A DNA stretch of 64,000 nucleotides, from assembly GCA_035547695.1 (NCBI GenBank), contig DASZUK010000004.1, positions 1,299-65,298 of the forward strand, written 5' to 3'. Below are positions 53,788-59,842 of the stretch, piece after piece (the stretch's first letter is position 1; every line of letters begins with the position of its first letter). This DNA is from Acidimicrobiales bacterium. GTDB taxonomy: Bacteria; Actinomycetota; Acidimicrobiia; Acidimicrobiales; RAAP-2. Position numbers and translations under genes: made by a program. The notes beneath the pieces are model-generated. The model saw only the letters and a program-made list of their open reading frames with translations. It had not been told where the DNA came from and did no database searches.

Positions 53788-55340
53788 CCGCCCCCGCCGG
53801 CACCGTCGCCACCGCCGCCTTCGACGACGCCCGCCGGGTCCTGGCCGGGCTGCCGACCGACGACCCGGCGGCTCCGCCGCCCCTGCTGCTCACCGGCCGC
53901 CACCTCACCGTCCACGCCACCCCCGTCGTCCAGCCCCCGCCGGTGGTGCCCAGGTCGGGCGGTGAACCGCCGGCGCCGCGCCAGCCGACGACGCCGCGCC
54001 GCCCGGCGATGCCGGTCCGCCTGGCCCCGGGCCGGCCCGGCCTGGCCGAGGTGGCCGCGGCCATCGTCCGCGGCACCGTCACCTCCCGCCTCCTGGTCGA
54101 AGAGGCCCTGGAGGTGGCGGCCAGGACCGCCGAGCTGGGCGGGGTCGTCCACCTGGACGCCGAAGAGGCCCGCCGCCAGGCCGACATCCTCGACGCCGAG
54201 GCCGCCGCCGGTCGGATCAGGGGTCCCCTCCACGGGGTGCCGGTGACCGTCAAGGACGTCATCCACGTCGACGGCATGCCCACCCGGGCCGGGTCGGCCG
54301 CCTACGAGAACCTGCAGCCCGTCGAAGGCACGGCGGTGGCCCGCCTGCGGTCGGCCGGCGCCCTCCTGCTGGCCAAGGTGGCCACCCACGAGTTCGCCCT
54401 CGGCGTCACCACCCCGCAGTGCCGGAACCCCCACGACCCGTCCGTCATCGCCGGGGGGTCCAGCGGTGGCTCGGCCATCGCCGTCGCCACCGGGGTCGGG
54501 CTGGCGTCCCTCGGCACCGACACCCGGGCCTCGCTCCGGGTGCCGTCCGCCCTCTGCGGAGTCGTCGGGTTCAAGCCCACCCTGGGCAGGGTCCCCACCG
54601 ACGGGATCGTCCCGCTGTCGTGGACCATGGACCACCTCGGCCCCATCGCCCGCACCGTCGGCGACGCCGCCCTCGTCCTCGACGTCCTGGCCGGCCAGGC
54701 CGGGATCGGCGGCCTCCGCTGGGCCGCCGGCCTGGACGACCGGCGACCGGTGGTCGGCGTGGTCCCCGACGTCCTGGCCGCCGCCGATCCCGCGGTGGCC
54801 GACGCGGTCGACGGCGCCCTCCACGCCCTGGCCGGGCTGGGTTGCCCGGTCGTCGCCCTGGACGGTCCGGGTCCCGCCGACCTGGAGGTCGGCAACGCAC
54901 TGGGCCTCCTGATCAGCCGAGCCGAGGCAACCACCTTCCACCGGTCGCAGGGCACCGACCTGGACCGGTGCATCCCCGAGGTCCGTGACCAGCTCCGGGT
55001 GGCCCTCGGGATCACCGCGGCCGACTACCTCGACGCGCAGCGCCAGCGCCGGACCCTGGCCGAACGGACCCTGGCCCACTTCGCCAAGGTCGACATCCTG
55101 GTGTCCCCGACCACGCCCGTGCCGGCGCCGCCGGCGGACGACTACGAGGAGTACCTCCTGGTGCTGTCCCGAAACGCCATCATCTGGAGCCTGGTCGGCA
55201 ACCCGGTCCTCTCGCTGCCCTGCGGGACCACCCCGTCGGGGTTGCCCGTGGGGGTGCAGCTCACCGGACCCCCGGGGGGTGAAGCGCTGCTGGCGGCCAC
55301 CGGCAGCCTGCTCGAATCGGCCCTCGCCGGGCCCCGATGA
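53784..55340 (+). CDS. amidase-signature enzyme (AtzE/GatA-like) with ~75-aa N-terminal extension
   Basis: The start overlaps the preceding stop as GTGA. Motifs: VTVKDVIHV and GGSSGGSAIAVATGVGLASLGTDTRASLRVPSALCGVVGFKPT. Internal ATG 54009 would give a canonical-length amidase. Confidence 0.85.
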   Translation: MTAPAGTVATAAFDDARRVLAGLPTDDPAAPPPLLLTGRHLTVHATPVVQPPPVVPRSGGEPPAPRQPTTPRRPAMPVRLAPGRPGLAEVAAAIVRGTVTSRLLVEEALEVAARTAELGGVVHLDAEEARRQADILDAEAAAGRIRGPLHGVPVTVKDVIHVDGMPTRAGSAAYENLQPVEGTAVARLRSAGALLLAKVATHEFALGVTTPQCRNPHDPSVIAGGSSGGSAIAVATGVGLASLGTDTRASLRVPSALCGVVGFKPTLGRVPTDGIVPLSWTMDHLGPIARTVGDAALVLDVLAGQAGIGGLRWAAGLDDRRPVVGVVPDVLAAADPAVADAVDGALHALAGLGCPVVALDGPGPADLEVGNALGLLISRAEATTFHRSQGTDLDRCIPEVRDQLRVALGITAADYLDAQRQRRTLAERTLAHFAKVDILVSPTTPVPAPPADDYEEYLLVLSRNAIIWSLVGNPVLSLPCGTTPSGLPVGVQLTGPPGGEALLAATGSLLESALAGPR

Positions 55341-55750
55341 CCGGCGGGCCCGAGGCGATGGGTGCTGACGTCGCCGCCGACGTGGTGCTCGAAGTGGGCG
55401 CCGCCTTCACCGCCTACGAGGCTGCGCTGGTGGCCAACGACGTCGTCGCCATGAACCGGTGGTTCCGGCCCGGCCCGTCGACGTGCCGGTTCGGCATCGC
55501 CGACGTCCAGTCCGGCTACGACGAGATCGTGGCCTGGCGGCGGCAGGCGGCTCCGGTCCCTCCGGGGCGGACCCTGTCGGGCACCTCGGTGGTCCCGCTC
55601 TGCCCGGACGTGGCGGTGGTGACCACCTGCTTCTCCTACCCGGGCCGGCCGGTCGTCGGGCGGCAGTCCCAGGTGTGGCTGCGCACCGGCGACGGCTGGC
55701 GGATCGCCAGCGCGCACGTCTCCGAGGTCCCCGCGGTGCCGGCCGGGTGA
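55337..55750 (+). CDS. AtzH-like / DUF3225 NTF2-fold protein (oxalurate/dicarboxyurea-hydrolase family)
   Basis: The start overlaps the amidase stop as ATGA. Motifs: AYEAALVANDVVAMNRWF, CRFGIADVQSGYDEIVAWRR and GRQSQVWLRTGDGWRIASAHVS. Confidence 0.72.
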   Translation: MTGGPEAMGADVAADVVLEVGAAFTAYEAALVANDVVAMNRWFRPGPSTCRFGIADVQSGYDEIVAWRRQAAPVPPGRTLSGTSVVPLCPDVAVVTTCFSYPGRPVVGRQSQVWLRTGDGWRIASAHVSEVPAVPAG

Positions 55751-55800
55751 CCGTCCGCGGTGCCGGCCGGGTGACCCGAGGCGCCGGCCGGGTCCACGCC
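55732..55800. repeat. 24-bp tandem repeat x2.8 spanning the AtzH-like stop codon
   Basis: Copies: cgcggtgccggccgggtgaccgtc (55732-55755), cgcggtgccggccgggtgacccga (55756-55779) and a degenerate third unit. Confidence 0.88.
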
Positions 55801-55839
55801 GGCCGTCACGCCACGACCGGCTGCCGGTAGCCTGCGGGC

Positions 55840-56328
55840 ATGGCGCTCTACGACATCCCCATCCACACCCTCCAGGGCGAGCCGTCGTCCCTGGCCCCCT
55901 ACGAGGGCAGGGCCCTCCTGCTGGTCAACGTGGCCTCCAAGTGCGGCCTCACCCCCCAGTACGAGGGGCTGGAGAAGCTGCAGAAGGAGTACGGCGACAA
56001 GGGGTTCTCCGTCCTCGGGTTCCCGTGCAACCAGTTCATGGGCCAGGAGCCCGGCACCGCCGAGGAGATCCAGGAGTTCTGCTCCACCACCTACGGGGTG
56101 ACCTTCCCCATGTTCGAGAAGATCGACGTCAACGGGGCCAAGCGGCATCCCATCTACGACGAGCTCACCCAGGTCCCCGACGCCGACGGCGAGGCCGGTG
56201 ACGTCACCTGGAACTTCGAGAAGTTCCTGGTGTCCCCGGCCGGGGAGATCGTGGGCCGGTTCCGCCCGCAGGTCACCCCCGAAGACCCCGCCCTGGTCGG
56301 CGCGATCGAAGCCCAGCTACCGTCCTGA
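55840..56328 (+). CDS. glutathione peroxidase-family thiol peroxidase
   Basis: 162-aa ORF with LLVNVASKCGLTPQY, FPCNQF and WNFEKFLV. Confidence 0.92.
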   Translation: MALYDIPIHTLQGEPSSLAPYEGRALLLVNVASKCGLTPQYEGLEKLQKEYGDKGFSVLGFPCNQFMGQEPGTAEEIQEFCSTTYGVTFPMFEKIDVNGAKRHPIYDELTQVPDADGEAGDVTWNFEKFLVSPAGEIVGRFRPQVTPEDPALVGAIEAQLPS

Positions 56329-57038
56329 GCGTCGCCCCGCCCTTCGGGGCGTCCATCTTCGACATGGACGGCCTCCTGGTCGACTCCGAGCCGCTGTGGC
56401 ACGAGGCCGAGATGGACATCCTCGGCGGCCTGGGGGTCCCCCTGGTGGCGTCGGCCTGCCGGCAGACCAAGGGCATGTTCGTCAACGAGGTCACCCGGTA
56501 CTGGTTCGACCGGTACCCGTGGACCGGGCCGGGCACCGACGCCGTCGCCGTCGCCGTCGTCGACCGCGTCATGGCCCTGGTGGTGGCCAAGGGGGAGCTG
56601 AAGCCGGGGGTGCACCGGGCCATCGACCTGTGCCGGTCCCACCGGCTGCCGCTGGCGGTGGCGTCGTCGTCGCAGTACCGCCTCATCCACCTCGTCCTGG
56701 ACCACTTCGGGCTCGCCGGGTGCTTCGACCTGGTGCACTCCGCCGAGGACGAGCCCTACGGCAAGCCGCACCCCGCCGTCTTCCTGACCGCCGCCGGCAA
56801 GCTGGGGGTGGCCCCCGACCGCTGCCTGGTCTGGGAGGACGCCCCGGCCGGGGTGCTGGCGGCCAAGGCTGCCCGCATGGCCTGCGTCGCCGTCCCGGAG
56901 CCGGCCGAACGGGACCGGCCGGCCTTCGCCATCGCCGACGCCGTGCTGGGCTCCCTGGAGGAGGCCGACCAGGCCCTGTGGACCAGGGTGGCCGCCGCCC
57001 ATCTGGCCGATCCGATGGCGGCGCCGCGGGCTCCATAG
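56325..57038 (+). CDS. HAD-IA phosphatase (HxpB/YniC sugar-phosphatase-like); start codon unresolved
   Basis: The sequence is colinear with E. coli YniC: IFDMDGLLVDSEPLW...VASSS...GKPHP...WEDAPAGVLAAKAARM. The nucleophile Asp of FDMDG lies upstream of the only ATG (56364). The frame is open back to 56202 with CTG as the only near-cognate start codon (56208, 56325). CTG 56325 overlaps the gpx stop as CTGA. Confidence 0.75.
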   Translation: MSVAPPFGASIFDMDGLLVDSEPLWHEAEMDILGGLGVPLVASACRQTKGMFVNEVTRYWFDRYPWTGPGTDAVAVAVVDRVMALVVAKGELKPGVHRAIDLCRSHRLPLAVASSSQYRLIHLVLDHFGLAGCFDLVHSAEDEPYGKPHPAVFLTAAGKLGVAPDRCLVWEDAPAGVLAAKAARMACVAVPEPAERDRPAFAIADAVLGSLEEADQALWTRVAAAHLADPMAAPRAP

Positions 57039-57048
57039 GGCCGGCGTA

Positions 57049-57104
57049 GGGGCCGGCCGGCCCCCGTGCGGTGCCCGCCCCGGTCCGGGCCGATCCGGGG
57101 CGGG
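57049..57104. terminator. two strong GC hairpins after the HAD gene
   Basis: GGGGCCGGCCGGCCCC is a 16-bp palindrome (57049-57064). CCCGCCCCGG (57074-57083) pairs with CCGGGGCGGG (57095-57104). Confidence 0.55.
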
Positions 57105-57237
57105 ACCCGGCCGGGACCCGGCCGGCGAGGGCACGTGGCGGCCGGCCGCGGCTAACCTGCCGGCGGCGGAGCACCGTCGTCGTGGGGGCCACGGCGGGGT
57201 GCCCGCCGATCGCGGTACGGGACTCGGGGGGTCGTCA

Positions 57238-57864
57238 ATGTCCGGCAAGAAGGCGCTGTTGGCCGTCGGCGCGGCGGGGGTCGTCGGCGTCGTGGTGTCC
57301 CTGGGACTGGCCCTCGGCGCCGGTTCGACCCCGAGCGGCCGGTACACCGGCCCCACCGGGGCCAATCCCCACGGCGTCGGCTACACCTCCGGGAAGATCG
57401 TCTCCACGGTGGCCGGCAACACATCCACCGCCCAGGGGGGTGGCCAGGCTGGTGGAGGTGTCGGCGCAGCCGGGGCGGTGACATCCGGAGCGTCCGGACC
57501 CACAGCGGCCGCCGCCGGGGGAGCGGGCGTCGGCACGTCCGGCGCGGCGACACCGGGTGCCGGCGGCGGCGTTTCCGCTTCCGCCTCTGCCGCCGCCGGC
57601 CGGGGCGCGGCCTCCCTCGGTGGCGGTGCCTCGGCGTCGGGCTTCGGAGGCACAGCGACAGCGGCAGCGACCACGACAGCGGCGTCGGCATCGGCATCGG
57701 CGTCGGCCGGTGCAGCCGGCGGAGGGACCACAGCGGCGGCTGCGGCCGCCGGCGGGGCGGGGGCGACAGGAGCCGGCCTCGGCAGCAGCGGCGGCGCCGG
57801 CGGATTGGGCAGTGCCGGCGGATTGGGCAGCGCCGGCGCCACAGGGTACGGCGGCGCCGGGTAG
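57238..57864 (+). CDS. membrane-anchored Gly/Ala/Ser/Thr-rich low-complexity protein
   Basis: ATG 57238 follows GGGGGG. The N-terminal anchor is MSGKKALLAVGAAGVVGVVVSLGLALGAG. It is followed by about 170 aa of GAST-rich sequence ending in GGLGSAGGLGSAG repeats. Synonymous-type variation falls on third positions in this frame. Confidence 0.5.
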   Translation: MSGKKALLAVGAAGVVGVVVSLGLALGAGSTPSGRYTGPTGANPHGVGYTSGKIVSTVAGNTSTAQGGGQAGGGVGAAGAVTSGASGPTAAAAGGAGVGTSGAATPGAGGGVSASASAAAGRGAASLGGGASASGFGGTATAAATTTAASASASASAGAAGGGTTAAAAAAGGAGATGAGLGSSGGAGGLGSAGGLGSAGATGYGGAG

Positions 57865-57882
57865 GGCCCTGCCGGGCGCGGG

Positions 57883-59067
57883 TCAGCCGAGCCGGAGGGT
57901 CTCCAGCGGTTCGAGCCGGGCCGCCTTGATGGAGGGGTAGAGGCCGGCCACCACCGACACCAGCAACGCCAGGCCCATCCAGACGGGGATCTCGGCGTAG
58001 GCGATCACCACGGTCCAGCCGGCCAGGGCGGACACGCCGTAGACCACCAGGATGCCGAGCACCGCGCCGACGGCGCCGCCGAGGATGCCGATGAACAGGG
58101 ACTCCAGGAGGAACTGTGAGCCGACGGTGGAGCGGCTGTGCCCGACGGCGCGCCGGATGCCGATCTCGGAGGACCGCTGGATCACGGAGATGGACATGAC
58201 GTTGGCGATGCCGATGCCGCCGACGGTCAGCGCCAGCAGGCCGGCCAGCAGGGCGACCTCCTGCAGGGTCTTGTTGGCCTGGGCCTGGGCGGCCAGGGCG
58301 TCGCTGGGGACCTGGGTGGACACCTGCACTGTGCCGCCCAGGTTCACCGCGGTGGGGACGGCCTTGGCGGTGGCCTGGGTGGTGCCTGTGCGGGCGCGGA
58401 TGTAGAGCTGGTTCGGCCGGCCGGTGGTGCCGAGCAGGTGCTTGGCGGCCCACTCGGTGACGAAGGCGGCGTTGTCCAGTGTGGGGTCGAGCGGCACGCT
58501 GTCCAGCACGCCGACGACGCCGAAGTCCTTGCCGTTGAGCTGGATCGTCCGGGTCTCGCCGGGGAGGTAGCCGTACTGCTTGGCGATGCCCTCCCCGAGC
58601 ACCACCGAGCGGAGGTGCAGGGTTGTGTCGGCGCGGTTCAGCCACCGGCCGTCGAGCACCGGCACCCCGAGGACGGCCGGCAGGTTGTCGCCGGCGGCCC
58701 GCACCGGCACCGGGAAGGCCTGGTAGTAGCTGCTCGCTCCCTGGACCGGCAGGGCGATCACCCCGGACAGGTTCCCGGTGGCCGCCGCCGAGGTCACGGT
58801 GGAGATGTTCTCGACCCGCTCCACCGCATTGGCCGGCAGGGTGGGGTTCTGCGACCCGAAGCTGCTGCCGGCCTGGGCGATGATCAGGTTGGTGCCCAGT
58901 TGGGCCAGTTGGGCCTGCAGCGCCCCCTTCGCGCTCTCGGTCAGGCCGACCGCGCTGACCATGGCCGCCACCCCGATGACCGGCCCGAGCATGATCATCA
59001 TGGTCCGCACCTTCCGGGCCCGCAGGCCGGCCCAGGCGACGGTCGCCAGGTCCCGGGACTTGCTCAT
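57883..59067 (-). CDS. MacB/FtsX-type ABC permease with extracytoplasmic domain
   Basis: 394-aa ORF. TM1 is followed by a MacB_PCD-like loop of about 220 aa and a C-terminal FtsX 3-TM bundle (RSSEIGIRRAVGHSR). The start overlaps the ATPase gene stop as ATGA. Confidence 0.9.
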   Translation of the reverse strand: MSKSRDLATVAWAGLRARKVRTMMIMLGPVIGVAAMVSAVGLTESAKGALQAQLAQLGTNLIIAQAGSSFGSQNPTLPANAVERVENISTVTSAAATGNLSGVIALPVQGASSYYQAFPVPVRAAGDNLPAVLGVPVLDGRWLNRADTTLHLRSVVLGEGIAKQYGYLPGETRTIQLNGKDFGVVGVLDSVPLDPTLDNAAFVTEWAAKHLLGTTGRPNQLYIRARTGTTQATAKAVPTAVNLGGTVQVSTQVPSDALAAQAQANKTLQEVALLAGLLALTVGGIGIANVMSISVIQRSSEIGIRRAVGHSRSTVGSQFLLESLFIGILGGAVGAVLGILVVYGVSALAGWTVVIAYAEIPVWMGLALLVSVVAGLYPSIKAARLEPLETLRLG

Positions 59068-59831
59068 CGCCGGTCGCCTTTCCCGGCGGCGCCGGCCCGG
59101 CGCTCGTCGGCGACGATCCTCCCGTCGCGCATCGACACCTTCCGCAGCGCGGTGTCGGCGACGGTGAGGTCGTGGGTCACCATCACCACCGCCCGTTCCG
59201 GGGACTGCAGGCTCTCGAAGATCTCCAGGACGTGCGCGGCGTTGGCCGAGTCGAGGGCCCCGGTCGGCTCGTCGGCCAGGATCATCAGCGGCTCCGTCAC
59301 GATGGCCCTGGCCAGGGCCACCCGTTGCTGCTCGCCGCCCGACATCTGCACCGGCCGGTGGTCGGCCCGCTTCCCCAGGCCCAGGCGGTCCAGGGCGTCG
59401 TAGGCCCGGTCCCGGCGGTCCTTCGGCCGGATGTCCCGGTAGAGCAGGGCGGTCTCCACGTTGCCGAGCGCCGTCAGGTGGGGGATGAGGTGGAACTGCT
59501 GGAACACGAACCCGATGGCGTCCCCGCGGACCCGGGACCGGGTGGCGTCGTCCAGCCCGCTCACGTCCTGGCCGGCCACCCGGACGGTGCCCGACGTCGG
59601 GTGGTCGAGGATCCCGAGCAGGCCCAGCATGGTGGACTTTCCCGATCCCGACGGGCCCACGATGGACATGAGCTCGCCCGGGAAGATCTGCAGGGACACC
59701 TCCCGGAGGGCGTACACCTCCACCTCCTCCCCGTACACCCGGGACACCGTGTCGAGCTCCAGGAGCGGCCGGGCCGTCTCGGCGGCCAGGGTCATGTGGA
59801 CTGGCGGGGTCATGTGGACTGGCCGGGTCAT
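59064..59831 (-). CDS. MacB/LolD-type ABC ATP-binding protein
   Basis: Motifs: GPSGSGKST, MSGGEQQRVALARA and ILADEPTGALD. ATG 59831 overlaps the adaptor stop as ATGA. Two further in-frame ATGs lie 18 and 36 nt downstream, within a tandem repeat. Confidence 0.9.
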   Translation of the reverse strand: MTRPVHMTPPVHMTLAAETARPLLELDTVSRVYGEEVEVYALREVSLQIFPGELMSIVGPSGSGKSTMLGLLGILDHPTSGTVRVAGQDVSGLDDATRSRVRGDAIGFVFQQFHLIPHLTALGNVETALLYRDIRPKDRRDRAYDALDRLGLGKRADHRPVQMSGGEQQRVALARAIVTEPLMILADEPTGALDSANAAHVLEIFESLQSPERAVVMVTHDLTVADTALRKVSMRDGRIVADERRAGAAGKGDRR

Positions 59832-59842
59832 TTGGACTGGTT
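59789..59842. repeat. 18-bp tandem triplication at the adaptor-stop / ATPase-start junction
   Basis: gggtcatgtggactggc occurs at 59789 and 59807, and gggtcatttggactggt at 59825. The encoded sequence is M-TRPVH-M-TPPVH-M-T. Confidence 0.9.

Noticed and set aside
57381-57842. 153-aa Pro/Ala-rich minus-strand ORF as an alternative to the Gly/Ala-rich gene.
   Set aside because: It has no SD or signal features, and in that frame the synonymous-type variation falls on first positions. I kept the plus-strand reading, but only at 0.5 confidence.
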